A stretch of DNA of 64,000 nucleotides from contig CBFGKH010000007.1 of the NCBI GenBank assembly GCA_965649295.1, forward strand, positions 56,794-120,793, read 5' to 3'. Made by a program: the position numbers and the translations under genes. The first letter of the stretch is position 1, and every line of letters begins with the position of its first letter. Under the pieces are notes generated by a model. It did not search any database, had not been told where the DNA came from, and saw only the letters and a program-made list of their open reading frames with translations. The stretch is from a candidate division WOR-3 bacterium. Its GTDB lineage: Bacteria > Hydrothermota > Tepidihabitantia > Tepidihabitantales > Tepidihabitantaceae. Shown piece after piece: positions 10,096 through 19,873 of this stretch.

Positions 10096-10120
10096 CTGCT
10101 GCGGATTGGGGTGAAGATAA

Positions 10121-10146
10121 CAGAGCAGGGGCGCACCCCTGCTCTG
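10121..10146 (-). terminator. Intrinsic terminator after the TRL-like gene
   Basis: CAGAGCAGGGG-N4-CCCCTGCTCTG 11-bp stem, followed by TTATCTT on the minus strand. Confidence 0.7.
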
Positions 10147-10166
10147 TGTGGCCTAATCGACAGCTA

Positions 10167-10466
10167 TTACTCGCCGTAGACGATGGTCGTATAGGTGGCG
10201 ATGATGCCAAGGATGCTAGTGGTTTCCATATCGACGTGATGAACCTTGGTCACGCCGGCTGCCCGTGTTGCTGCATCGAGGCTAGCGTCACCAGTGACGA
10301 TGATGCCGAGGATTGACGTGGCAGTAGCCTTGCCGACTTTGGTTGCAGTGTCGGTTGTCTTGCCATAGTAGGCCAGGGCTGGGTATGGCGTACGGATATT
10401 CAGATAACAACCGGTAGCCCCGAAGACAAACAGGGCGAGGACAGCAGCGAGCAGAATACGCCTCAT
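10167..10466 (-). CDS. TRL-like family lipoprotein
   Basis: Signal peptide with ATGC lipobox; KVGKATATSILGIIVTGDASLDAA...VHHVD...SILGI...TIVYGE; GGAGG SD. Confidence 0.85.
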   Translation of the reverse strand: MRRILLAAVLALFVFGATGCYLNIRTPYPALAYYGKTTDTATKVGKATATSILGIIVTGDASLDAATRAAGVTKVHHVDMETTSILGIIATYTTIVYGE

Positions 10467-10546
10467 GTTAGCAGACCTCCTTTGTGGTTTGTGACCGAAG
10501 TCACCTTGTCATTGAGACGGTGCAGTGCTTTGCAAAGCACGCTGAC

Positions 10547-10574
10547 AATCTAACAACCAAGAGTTACAAGTCAA
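10547..10574 (-). promoter_or_regulatory. Promoter of the TRL-like gene
   Basis: TTGACT-16 bp-TAGATT. Confidence 0.65.
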
Positions 10575-11220
10575 GCACGAGATGGTGAAGAGGGTGAGTG
10601 CCCATATCTACCCGCGAGCTGTGTGGTGAGAGCGGTTGGCTGTCTGGAGACTGTAAGAACTGGGTATGAACAAGGCTTAGGTTGTTGATGGGGTTAGGAG
10701 CACTTCCAAGCGGACTACGGTGGTGCGTGAGGCACAGAGCGTGTTCGATAGTGGTGGGCTGAGCTCGTATCTGAGGGGTGTGACAACAGTGGCGATAGGA
10801 TTGGGTGAGGTTTGTCCGGTGATGTTGGGACCGACGTTACTGTAAACATCTTGGCTTGCTTGTTGCCTGACCTGACCTGAGGCTGAGCTGCTAATGTAAT
10901 GTGCCGTATTGCGAGAAGCTTGTTCGCAGGCGAAACCAGGAACAGGCCCGCAATGATTCTCGCATTTGGCCATGCAATGTTAGCGGCTGAGGTAGTCGGA
11001 AGCAGTTCAGGGAACCATCCCTGGGATGGTGGGGTGGGCGGGGTGGAGTTGCCGATGAGTGCTTGACCCCACGAACGCTACGTTGTGTAATCTCTTCGTC
11101 AAAGCATATGGCTCGTGTGTGAGTGGCGCAGAGCCGATGTGGCTACTAGACCTGTTAGGAGAGACCAATTCCGGCTGTGAAGGTGGTTATGCTGTCCTGG
11201 ACTGGTTTCGGGCTGGCTGC

Positions 11221-11248
11221 TTGACTTGGCGGCCAGCGAAAGTATCCT
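11221..11248 (+). promoter_or_regulatory. Promoter giving a probable leaderless metG mRNA
   Basis: TTGACT-16 bp-TATCCT-7 nt-GTG(11256). Confidence 0.7.
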
Positions 11249-11255
11249 TTCGGCC

Positions 11256-13277
11256 GTGAAGATTCTGGTGACGAGTGCGCTGCCGTATGCGAATGGGGAT
11301 TTGCACTTCGGTCACCTTGCTGGCGCTTACCTACCTGCCGATATTTTCGTCAAATACCACCGGTTGAAGGGTTCAGATATAGTCTATGTTTGCGGATCAG
11401 ACGAGCACGGCGTGCCGATCACGATTGCTGCCGCTCAGCAGCAGAAGAAACCTCAGGAGATAATTGATTTCTACCACGGGCGCATGAAGCAAGCGTTTGC
11501 CGAACTGGGGATTGAGTTTGATAACTACTCCCGAACTTCGTTGCCACTCCACCATGCCACCGCTCAGAATTTTTTTCGTGAAGTGTATGAGCGTGGTTTC
11601 ATCAAACCGCAGTCATCGCGGCAACTCTACTGTACTAGCTGCCAGATGTTTTTGGCCGATCGCTATGTCGAAGGTACCTGCCCATACTGTGGTTTTGATG
11701 CCGCGCGAGGTGACCAGTGCGAGGCTTGTGGTCGTTGGATTGAGCCGCTGGAGTTGATCAGGCCGCGCTGCAAGACCTGCGGTGGTGTGCCGGAAGTGCG
11801 AGAAACAACTCATTGGTATTTTGCCTTATCGCAGTTCGAGCAACCGCTACGGGACTGGTTGGCCGGTAAGTCTCACTGGCGGCCAAATGTTCGGCGGTTC
11901 TGCGACGGTTGGCTGGAGCGTGGGCTGAAGGATCGGCCAATCACGCGGGACCTGAACTGGGGCGTTCGCGTGCCGCTGCCAGAAGCAGGCAGTAAGGTGA
12001 TGTATGTCTGGTTTGACGCCCCGATCGGCTACATCAGCTCGACGAAGGAATGGGCAATCTGCGCCGGGACGCCCGAGCGCTGGAAAGACTACTGGCTCGA
12101 CCCAAAGACTCGACTGGTCCATTTTATCGGCAAAGACAACATCGTATTCCATGCTATTGTCTGGCCGGCAATGCTCATGGCGCATTCTGGATTTGTGTTG
12201 CCAACTGATATCCCGGCCAATGAGTTCCTAAACCTGGAGGGCGACAAACTTTCGACTTCCCGCAACTGGGCGGTTTGGCTGCCTGACTATCTGCAACAGT
12301 TTCCGCCTGACCCGCTGCGTTATGCGCTGGCCCTAAATTTGCCTGAGAACCGTGACGTTGATTTCACTTGGCGTGACTTCGGGGCCCGTAACAATAACGA
12401 GCTCGCTGATGTGTTAGGCAATTTCGTGAACCGCGTGGCAGTGTTTGTGAGGAAAAACTACGGCGGTCGAGTTCCGAATGCAACCGCTGAGGACGAGGCG
12501 AGCAGCGAGGTTCTGCAAGCAATCGCCCGCGCACCAGAGCGAATCGGCAAGTTGATTGACTCGTATCAGATCAAGGATGCCTGCCGGGAGATGATGACCT
12601 TACCTGCGCTAGGTAACCGCTACTTTGATCACGCGGCACCGTGGCGGACGTTCAGGTCCGACCGGGCTGCCTGCGACCGGACGATGACTACCTGCCTGCG
12701 GCTTGTTTCTGCGCTGGAGGTCCTCATTTACCCTTTCTTGCCGTTTACGAGCCGGGCCATCGGCAGAATGCTTGGTTTGGGAAGACGGACCTGGGACAGC
12801 GCTGCTCAAGCCGACCTGCCAGCCGAAATAGGTGCCGTGGATATACTTTTCAACAAGATTGAACCAGAGGTTATCGAGGCGCAGGTACAGAAGTTGCGCG
12901 CGGGGCCCAGGGTGATAGCGTCAGCAAAAACACAGGAAGTGAGAAAGGAACCGGAGTTGATCCAATTTGATGAGTTCAAGAGAATTGAACTGCGCGTTGC
13001 CAAGGTGATTGCCGCTGAGCCGGTGTCAGGGGCTGACCGGTTGCTCAAACTGCAGGTCGACCTTGGCACTGAGCAGCGGCAGATTGTCGCTGGAGTGGCT
13101 ACGGCCTATCGTCCAGCTGACATCGTCGGTATGAGTATCGTTGTTGTGACCAATCTCGCTCCGGCCAGAATACGAGGCGTGGAGTCAGAGGGGATGCTAC
13201 TTGCAGCAGTGGCCGATTCGGGACTGGCGCTGATTGTGCCGAGTCGGGAAGTTCCGGCTGGCACCAAGGTCTCCTGA
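11256..13277 (+). CDS. metG: Methionine--tRNA ligase
   Basis: TSALPYANGDLHFGH, Zn knuckles, YVWFDAPIGY, KLSTS, C-terminal tRNA-binding OB domain. Confidence 0.98.
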   Translation: MKILVTSALPYANGDLHFGHLAGAYLPADIFVKYHRLKGSDIVYVCGSDEHGVPITIAAAQQQKKPQEIIDFYHGRMKQAFAELGIEFDNYSRTSLPLHHATAQNFFREVYERGFIKPQSSRQLYCTSCQMFLADRYVEGTCPYCGFDAARGDQCEACGRWIEPLELIRPRCKTCGGVPEVRETTHWYFALSQFEQPLRDWLAGKSHWRPNVRRFCDGWLERGLKDRPITRDLNWGVRVPLPEAGSKVMYVWFDAPIGYISSTKEWAICAGTPERWKDYWLDPKTRLVHFIGKDNIVFHAIVWPAMLMAHSGFVLPTDIPANEFLNLEGDKLSTSRNWAVWLPDYLQQFPPDPLRYALALNLPENRDVDFTWRDFGARNNNELADVLGNFVNRVAVFVRKNYGGRVPNATAEDEASSEVLQAIARAPERIGKLIDSYQIKDACREMMTLPALGNRYFDHAAPWRTFRSDRAACDRTMTTCLRLVSALEVLIYPFLPFTSRAIGRMLGLGRRTWDSAAQADLPAEIGAVDILFNKIEPEVIEAQVQKLRAGPRVIASAKTQEVRKEPELIQFDEFKRIELRVAKVIAAEPVSGADRLLKLQVDLGTEQRQIVAGVATAYRPADIVGMSIVVVTNLAPARIRGVESEGMLLAAVADSGLALIVPSREVPAGTKVS

Positions 13278-13280
13278 GCG

Positions 13281-14072
13281 ATGGCGCGACGTTCCAAGGC
13301 CAATCCGGATGGGTTGGTGCTATTTGACTCCCACTGCCATCTGACTGACAGCCAGTATGCTGGTGAGGTTGGTGGTGTCATTCGGCGCGCCGTCAGCGCT
13401 GGTACGCGGACAATGATGACCGTGAGCCAGAGCGTGCCGGACAGTCGCCAGGCTGTCGCCATCGCCCGCAGCTACGACGCCGTCTATTGTGCGGTTGGCG
13501 TTCATCCTCACGAGGCGGACAGTTTTCGGAGCGTCGATGTTGGCGCGCTCAAGGACCTTTGTATTGAACCGAAGGTGAAGGCGATTGGCGAGATCGGTCT
13601 TGACTTTTTCCGTGGTATTTCATCGCGAGCGAACCAGGAGACAGCGTTCCATGCCCAGCTTGAACTGGCTCGAATGCTCGACCTGCCTTTCATTGTTCAC
13701 ATTCGCGACGCAGCGACGCGTGCTCGTTCGATCGTTGACGAGCACGGCTACTATAACGGCGTCCTGCATTGCTTTACTGGCGATCGGAAACTAGCGGAAT
13801 GGGTTAAGGAGAAAGGACTCTACGTATCTATTGCTGGCAATGTCACCTACGGCGACGAACGTTTGCCTGAAATCATCAAGCTGGTGCCGCGGGAGCGGCT
13901 GCTGGTTGAAACCGATGCGCCCTACTTGACTCCTTCGCCTCATCGCGGTGAGCGGAATGAACCAGCCCTGCTGCGACTGACCGTTGATTTCTTGGCCAAC
14001 GTGTTGGGAATGGACCAAGCGACGGTTGCCGATATCACCTGCGAGAACGCGCGTCGGTTTTTCCGAATCTGA
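13281..14072 (+). CDS. tatD: TatD family DNase
   Basis: DSHCHL, GVHPH, IGEIGLD, HCFTG, ETDAPYL. Confidence 0.95.
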   Translation: MARRSKANPDGLVLFDSHCHLTDSQYAGEVGGVIRRAVSAGTRTMMTVSQSVPDSRQAVAIARSYDAVYCAVGVHPHEADSFRSVDVGALKDLCIEPKVKAIGEIGLDFFRGISSRANQETAFHAQLELARMLDLPFIVHIRDAATRARSIVDEHGYYNGVLHCFTGDRKLAEWVKEKGLYVSIAGNVTYGDERLPEIIKLVPRERLLVETDAPYLTPSPHRGERNEPALLRLTVDFLANVLGMDQATVADITCENARRFFRI

Positions 14073-14114
14073 GCGCTTGCTGCTAATTGTCCTCTAGTTG
14101 ACACCGGCTCGATT

Positions 14115-14957
14115 ATGCCGCTACGTGGCTTTAGGCCCCGTAAGTCCCTTGGTCAGGCCTTTCTCACCCATGAGCCGACGGCCGATGCTTTAGTCAAAGC
14201 GTTAGGTGCTGGTCACGATGATACGGTTCTGGAGATCGGGCCGGGCAGGGGCATCCTCACAAGGCGGCTGGTCGGGTGCGTGCGGGCGCTGATAGCGGTC
14301 GAAATTGATCCGCGTCTCGTTGAGGGTCTTCTTGCTGAGTTTCGTGCCGAGAGCACGTTTCGGGTCATCCGGGGTGATTTCTTGAAGTACGACCTAGCCC
14401 AGCATCGTGAGCTGCTGGTCATTGGCAACCTGCCCTACAACTTGTCGTCGCAGATGCTGTTTCGTCTCCTTGAGTGTCGGGACTCGTGGCGAATCGCTGT
14501 TCTGACGGTCCAGCGAGAGTTCGCTCAGCGGTTGTTAGCGCAGCCGGGACGTAAAGAGTATGGCGCAATCACAGTCATTACCGACCGACTAGCAGAACGG
14601 GAGCGGCTTTTCAATATTCAGCCGAGCTGCTTCAAACCGAGACCGGCAGTTGTTTCGACAGCGTTGCGACTTCGTCGGCGAGCGGTGCCGACATTCGCGG
14701 TGAATGATGAGGAGTTGTTTCGGAAGGTATTGCGGGTTTGTTTCAGCCAGCGCCGCAAGACAATCGCTAACAATCTGCTCAGTGGTTTTGGACTTTCTCG
14801 GCCGAAGGTGGAGTGGTTGCTTTCAGCCTGTGGTATCGATCCGGCAGCGCGGGCTGAGACAGTCCCCGGTGAGAAGTTTGGTCAGTTGGCCACCCTGATT
14901 GGCAGTGAGAAACTAGCGTCCAGTGTGGCCGAAGCCTTGGGAGCCGCGAGCGGTTAG
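14115..14957 (+). CDS. rsmA: 16S rRNA dimethyladenosine transferase
   Basis: RKSLGQAFL, LEIGPGRGILT, GNLPYN, QRRKTI. Confidence 0.96.
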   Translation: MPLRGFRPRKSLGQAFLTHEPTADALVKALGAGHDDTVLEIGPGRGILTRRLVGCVRALIAVEIDPRLVEGLLAEFRAESTFRVIRGDFLKYDLAQHRELLVIGNLPYNLSSQMLFRLLECRDSWRIAVLTVQREFAQRLLAQPGRKEYGAITVITDRLAERERLFNIQPSCFKPRPAVVSTALRLRRRAVPTFAVNDEELFRKVLRVCFSQRRKTIANNLLSGFGLSRPKVEWLLSACGIDPAARAETVPGEKFGQLATLIGSEKLASSVAEALGAASG

Positions 14958-15344
14958 ACCAAGCTCAGACGTTTCCTGGATCGCAACTTCGGCGACTCGG
15001 CTGAACACCAGTTGAGCGATTCGGTCACCGCGAGTGACTTGGTAATCGCTGTCGGACAAATTGAAGAGAATTACCTGAATCTCACCACGATAATCAGAGT
15101 CAATCGTGCCAGGCGAGTTGAGCAGGCCGATACCGTGCTTGGCGGCGAGGCCGGAACGTGGACGAAGTTGTGCCTCCAGGTCGGATGGCAGTTCGAGGGC
15201 AAGACCGGTTGGCACGACAGCATAACCATGGGCTGGGACGATGACGTCGCGGCTGGCGGCGATGTCAAAACCAGCGGCGCCACTGGATTTCCTGACGGGT
15301 AGGCTTGTCTCGGTAAGTCGTTTGATACGCACTGCCGCTGCCAT
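14913..15344 (-). CDS. dut: dUTP diphosphatase
   Basis: AAGFDI, RPRSGLA, GTIDSDYRGEI, GDRIAQL, RGSQGFGHTG. Confidence 0.97.
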   Translation of the reverse strand: MAAAVRIKRLTETSLPVRKSSGAAGFDIAASRDVIVPAHGYAVVPTGLALELPSDLEAQLRPRSGLAAKHGIGLLNSPGTIDSDYRGEIQVILFNLSDSDYQVTRGDRIAQLVFSRVAEVAIQETSELGLTARGSQGFGHTGR

Positions 15345-16219
15345 CAAAGCCAACCTGCACGAAAGACCGGCCACTGGTCTGGGTAGGTGGCGATCAGACG
15401 ATTGAGCCGCTCCGCCAGGATCTTGGTCAGTTCGTCAATGTCAGCTCCGGTATTCCCAGTCGGCCGGAATTCGATTGGTGGTTCTACGACCGCTCGGTAA
15501 GGAGGTCGTCCCGGAGAATCCTGAAAGACCAGCCAGCCCACGACGATTGGAACATTGTAACGCAGAGCGTAGGCGGCAGGCCCTCGCGGGTAGCTGCGCA
15601 TAGCTCCGAAAGCAGGTAGCCGTAGACCACGGCCAGTCAGGTCACGATCAGCCACCAGGGCGAGGAGTCGTTTCTGTTCTAGGGCGCGGGCGATCGCGTG
15701 ACGGTCGGTCATTGGAATTGTCTGCATCGAAGTGCTCCGTCGGTAGCGGTTGAAAGTGCGACTCCAGCCGCGTGGGATTGGCTCGATCACGGCGGTGGTT
15801 GGGTAGCCTAGTGCTGCTAGCAGGCAGCCGGCCAGGTCCCAATTGCCGACGTGGGCCGTTACAAGTACAAGGCCACGACCTTTGGCTAGCGCTGCGTCGA
15901 GCACCTCGGAATTGAACTCAGCGAGGTGGACTATCCTTGATCGGAGTACGGGCACACGCAGCAGGTCGAGATAGTTCATCACAAGATGCTGGAAAGTGCG
16001 GAGGACGATGCGACTGACTGCTGTTTCGGTTGCAGCCGGGCCGACGATTCGTCGTGCGTTTTCAGTGAGTTGCTCGCGTCGGTGGCGACTGGTCCGCCAA
16101 ACCAGCCATCCGGTCAGTCGAGCAATCGGCTGCAGACTCCAGCGTGGCAGAAAGAACTGCAGGAGCGTGCCTATCGGCATTAGCCACACAAGTGGCGTTT
16201 GCCGTTGCCTAGTTGACAT
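15344..16219 (-). CDS. Lysophospholipid acyltransferase family (LpxL/PatA-like)
   Basis: TAHVGNWD (HxxxxD), LVADRD, GPAAYALR, YPDQWPVF. Confidence 0.85.
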   Translation of the reverse strand: MSTRQRQTPLVWLMPIGTLLQFFLPRWSLQPIARLTGWLVWRTSRHRREQLTENARRIVGPAATETAVSRIVLRTFQHLVMNYLDLLRVPVLRSRIVHLAEFNSEVLDAALAKGRGLVLVTAHVGNWDLAGCLLAALGYPTTAVIEPIPRGWSRTFNRYRRSTSMQTIPMTDRHAIARALEQKRLLALVADRDLTGRGLRLPAFGAMRSYPRGPAAYALRYNVPIVVGWLVFQDSPGRPPYRAVVEPPIEFRPTGNTGADIDELTKILAERLNRLIATYPDQWPVFRAGWL

Positions 16220-16649
16220 GGCCGGTGCAACGCTGCCCAGCGCTGGCACCTAGCTTGGCGAGCTTATCGGTTTCGTTGTTCGACTCGCGCCGAACGAGCC
16301 GAAACGCGATGTGGGACTGGTCGGCGAGCAGGCGCCGGGCTTCGGCGTAGAGGACCGCGAGGCGGGGGTTTCTGACTCGATAACGACCGGTCAGCTGGTA
16401 GAAAAGTAGCTCAGAATCAGTGGCGATCGTTACCGGTTGGGGTGCAAGACGGCGTGCTTCCTTTAGGCCAAACAGCAGTGCCGTATACTCGGCTTCGTTG
16501 TTTGTGCAGACACCGATTGAGTGGCTGACTTCGCGCGTGACGCTGCCATCTGGCGCAATTACGCGAATGCCAATCCCGCCTGGGCCGGGGTTGCCTAATG
16601 ACGAGCCGTCAATCTGAATAAGATAGCCACCAGTGGGCCGGCTTTTCAT
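16209..16649 (-). CDS. rnhA: Ribonuclease HI
   Basis: DGSSLGNPGPGG, TNNEAEY, TDSELL, RESNNETDKLA. Confidence 0.92.
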   Translation of the reverse strand: MKSRPTGGYLIQIDGSSLGNPGPGGIGIRVIAPDGSVTREVSHSIGVCTNNEAEYTALLFGLKEARRLAPQPVTIATDSELLFYQLTGRYRVRNPRLAVLYAEARRLLADQSHIAFRLVRRESNNETDKLAKLGASAGQRCTGHVN

Positions 16650-17362
16650 TCCTGGCCGACAACAAGGATGCGGCCGCAGGCTTCACAGGAGTAGAGCCGG
16701 TCCTGGCGTTCGACTTCGAGAACACGTTGAGCAGGCACCGGCGAGAGACAGGCGCTGCAACGGTCGTTGATCACCGTTGCGACTGCCACACCGTTTTTGC
16801 TGGCGCGAACGCGGTCATAGCGTTTCAAGAGATCGGGAGGGAGCAGCGCAACGAGGGCGGCGCGAGTCTGTTCGCGCTCGGCGACGGCATCAGTCAGTTC
16901 TTTCTGTTCAGCTTCGAGCATCTTGACCTTACGTTGCGTCTCTGCCGCCAACTCCTTGGCGCGGCTTTCGTTGTCGCGAACGCGACGATCGAGCTGCTCG
17001 GTTTCCTCCATTAGCGATATCATTCGGTCCTCGATGCTGTTCTTTAACTTCTTGGCAGCTTCGATTTCCTTGAGGAAAGCCTTGTACTGCTCGTTGGTCT
17101 TAGCCGAGTAGAGCTGGGCCGAGTAGCTGCCGATCTTGTCTTCGACAGCCTTGAGTTCAACCTCAGCCAGTTTGTACTGCTTCTTGTGCTCGGTAATATC
17201 GGCCTTGGCTTGGTCGAGTTCCTGGCGCAATAGCTCAGCTGCTCGGTTGAGGTCAGCAATTCTTTCCGGAACGCGATTGAGTTTAGCAGCTAGTGTCTGC
17301 AGCTCGGAGTCAATTTGCTGGAGTTCCCGGAGCCGGCGCAGGTTCTCTTTCACAGTAGACAA
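16646..17362 (-). CDS. Coiled-coil protein with C-terminal C4 zinc ribbon (DUF164/CT398-like)
   Basis: LQQIDSEL long coiled coil, CSAC...CEACGRIL; typical rnhA neighbour. Confidence 0.88.
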   Translation of the reverse strand: MSTVKENLRRLRELQQIDSELQTLAAKLNRVPERIADLNRAAELLRQELDQAKADITEHKKQYKLAEVELKAVEDKIGSYSAQLYSAKTNEQYKAFLKEIEAAKKLKNSIEDRMISLMEETEQLDRRVRDNESRAKELAAETQRKVKMLEAEQKELTDAVAEREQTRAALVALLPPDLLKRYDRVRASKNGVAVATVINDRCSACLSPVPAQRVLEVERQDRLYSCEACGRILVVGQE

Positions 17363-17411
17363 CAGTTGTCCTGATGGGTTGGGAGGTAGCGATCAGACAC
17401 AGCCTTCTTGA

Positions 17412-17487
<76 letters not shown>

Positions 17488-17517
17488 GGTTGTGGTGAAC
17501 GTAACCACTGTGTCGTC

Positions 17518-17545
17518 AATATAGCCATGTCGTCCTCGAAGTCAA
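17518..17545 (-). promoter_or_regulatory. Promoter of tRNA-Val and the downstream operon
   Basis: TTGACT-16 bp-TATATT. Confidence 0.75.
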
Positions 17546-17599
17546 GCACACCAGAGCAAGGTTTGACATTGCAGCAGAGGCTGCTAGACCTACTTAGCC

Positions 17600-18475
17600 A
17601 TGGTAGGTGCGATAATCAATAGCCTCAGGCCGCGGCAGTGGGTGAAGAACCTATTGGTCTTCGCTGGCCTGATTTTCTCGCGTAGCCTACTTGTTACTGA
17701 AGCTGTCTTGCGCTCGCTGGGTGGTTTTGCGGTATTCTGTCTATTGTCGGGTGCAGTCTATGTTGTTAATGATTTGGCCGATGTCATTCAAGACCGTAAT
17801 CATCCTACCAAACGATTTCGTCCGATAGCTTCTGGACAGCTCAGTGCCGGGACCGCCAAGCTGGCAGCGATCATTGTCTTCGTCGTGGCGTTGTTGGGGG
17901 CGTGGTTGCTAGGCTGGCGATTTGCTATGGTTGCTATCGCTTACCTGGTGCTGCAGCTTGCCTATTCAGCATGGCTCAAGCACGTCGTAATTCTCGACGT
18001 AATGGCAGTAGCAGTGGGGTTTGCACTTCGGGCGGTTGCCGGCACAGTCGCCATCGGCGTCACGATTTCGCCCTGGCTCTTCATCTGCACAATTCTTGGT
18101 GCGCTCTTTGTCGCTCTGGCAAAACGGCGTCACGAATTGCTCTTCTTGGAGAGTGGCGGAACGTCGCACCGCGAGGTCCTTGGGAAGTATTCAGAGGGGC
18201 TGCTTGACCAGATGATTGCGATGGCGACATCTTCAACCGTGATTACCTATTCTCTTTATACTGTTGCGCCTGAGACGGTCGCCAAGTTTGCAACTCACAA
18301 CCTAATTCTCACGGTTCCATTCGTAATCTTTGGTGTGTACCGGTATCTCTATCTGGTGTATCGCAAGGAGATGGGGGGCGCCCCAGAGAAGGCGTTGCTG
18401 ACTGATGTACCGTTGCTCGTGGGCGGACTACTCTGGGTTGCTACTGCCGTAGCGGTTCTCTATGTGAGGTTCTAG
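17600..18475 (+). CDS. UbiA-family decaprenyl-phosphate phosphoribosyltransferase
   Basis: LRPRQWVKNLLVF, NDLAD...DRNHPTKRFRPIASG, KRRHEL. Confidence 0.92.
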   Translation: MVGAIINSLRPRQWVKNLLVFAGLIFSRSLLVTEAVLRSLGGFAVFCLLSGAVYVVNDLADVIQDRNHPTKRFRPIASGQLSAGTAKLAAIIVFVVALLGAWLLGWRFAMVAIAYLVLQLAYSAWLKHVVILDVMAVAVGFALRAVAGTVAIGVTISPWLFICTILGALFVALAKRRHELLFLESGGTSHREVLGKYSEGLLDQMIAMATSSTVITYSLYTVAPETVAKFATHNLILTVPFVIFGVYRYLYLVYRKEMGGAPEKALLTDVPLLVGGLLWVATAVAVLYVRF

Positions 18476-18476
18476 G

Positions 18477-19553
18477 CTACTTACAGGCGGCAAGTCGTGC
18501 TTTGCCGCAAGAGGCTTTCTCACCGAACGGTCCGCTGCGGATTGAACAGAGCTCCATCTTGGCGGCCTCGATGTCGCGGTTAGCTTCGGCTTTGCCGGTG
18601 AGGGTCATTGCTGCGTGTGCGCCGGCGATCTTTCCTTCCAGCATTGCGGTCGAGGCTTCCTCAATGCCCGACACGTCACCGGCAACATAGACTCCCGGTA
18701 CACTCGTTTGCATATTCTCATCATGCCAAGCGACGATTCCGCCCAGTTCCGGCACGTGAACCATTCGACAGCCAATCTGCCAGAGCAGCTCAGTCAGCGG
18801 TGTCAGGCCAACAGCCAGGCAGATTGTGTCAACGCGCAAACGGCGAGCGGTCCTGGGGATGGGTTGCATCTGTGGACCGACTCGAGCAATAACAGCGCCG
18901 GTGACACGTTCCGTGCCCAATGCAGATACGATGGTGTGTGAGGTCAAAATTGGAACTCCGATGCGAGCCAGCTTGGCGGCGTGGACATGGTAACCACCAA
19001 TTTTGGGTAGCGCCTCGACGACCGCGGCAACGTTGATTCCGGCTTGGATTAGTTGATAAGATACGATGAGTCCAATGTTTCCCGACCCTACCAGTAGTAC
19101 ACGCCTGCCTGGTCGTACACCATAGACATTCATCAGGGTCTGAACGGCACCAGCACCGTAGATGCCCGGCAGGTCATTATTCGCGAAAAGTACGTTATTT
19201 TCGGCGGCGCCGGTAGCAACGACAACTTTCTCGTAATGGAGCGGTATCAGTCGGTCACTGGTGGCCAGTGCCAGCACTTGCTGATCATAATGGCCAATGA
19301 CCGAAGTTTGCGAAAGCAGTTCAATCTCAAGTTTCTTGGCTTCAGCAACGAGAATCGTGGCGATGTCCATTCCGCGAATACCGCAATATTGGTTTCTGTC
19401 GCCGAAGAACTTATGGGTCTGTTTGACCAACTGGCCACCAAGACGAGGAGCGTCATCTACGAGGACGACACTGACCCCAAGTCGGGCGGCGGCTATTGCC
19501 GCACAAATACCAGCTGGACCGCCGCCGACAATAGCGATAGCCGTAGATTTCAT
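18477..19553 (-). CDS. FAD/NAD(P)-dependent oxidoreductase (sarcosine oxidase/L-proline dehydrogenase alpha-like)
   Basis: IVGGGPAG, GGQLVKQTHKFFG, FANNDLPG, VGSGNIGLI, AGDVSGIEEASTAM. Confidence 0.85.
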   Translation of the reverse strand: MKSTAIAIVGGGPAGICAAIAAARLGVSVVLVDDAPRLGGQLVKQTHKFFGDRNQYCGIRGMDIATILVAEAKKLEIELLSQTSVIGHYDQQVLALATSDRLIPLHYEKVVVATGAAENNVLFANNDLPGIYGAGAVQTLMNVYGVRPGRRVLLVGSGNIGLIVSYQLIQAGINVAAVVEALPKIGGYHVHAAKLARIGVPILTSHTIVSALGTERVTGAVIARVGPQMQPIPRTARRLRVDTICLAVGLTPLTELLWQIGCRMVHVPELGGIVAWHDENMQTSVPGVYVAGDVSGIEEASTAMLEGKIAGAHAAMTLTGKAEANRDIEAAKMELCSIRSGPFGEKASCGKARLAACK

Positions 19554-19867
19554 AGTAGCTTGCCTCTGCCGGATTGGCGTTCCACGCGCATTCCTGGGCG
19601 CAGCAACTCCACGCAAACCATGACGTTGGGCCGACCATCAACGACCATTAGACAGGAGGCGCACTTGCCAACTGCGCAAAAAAAGCCTCGGGGTCGTTTG
19701 CGGCGCTCGGCGTGGCGAAAGACATCGATACCATTGGCCACTAGCGCGGCAGCGATAGTGTCACCGGACAGTCCCTGCAACTTCTTTCCTTCAAAGTAGA
19801 ACTCAATAGTCTGCGAGCGTTCAAACTTCAGGATTGGATGGATACTAATTCGACGCGTTTCCGCCAT
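19550..19867 (-). CDS. (2Fe-2S)-binding protein (Fer2_4; split alpha-subunit N-terminus)
   Basis: GDTIAAAL, RGFFCAVGKCASCLMVVDG...C. Confidence 0.88.
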   Translation of the reverse strand: MAETRRISIHPILKFERSQTIEFYFEGKKLQGLSGDTIAAALVANGIDVFRHAERRKRPRGFFCAVGKCASCLMVVDGRPNVMVCVELLRPGMRVERQSGRGKLL

Positions 19868-19873
19868 ATCTTC

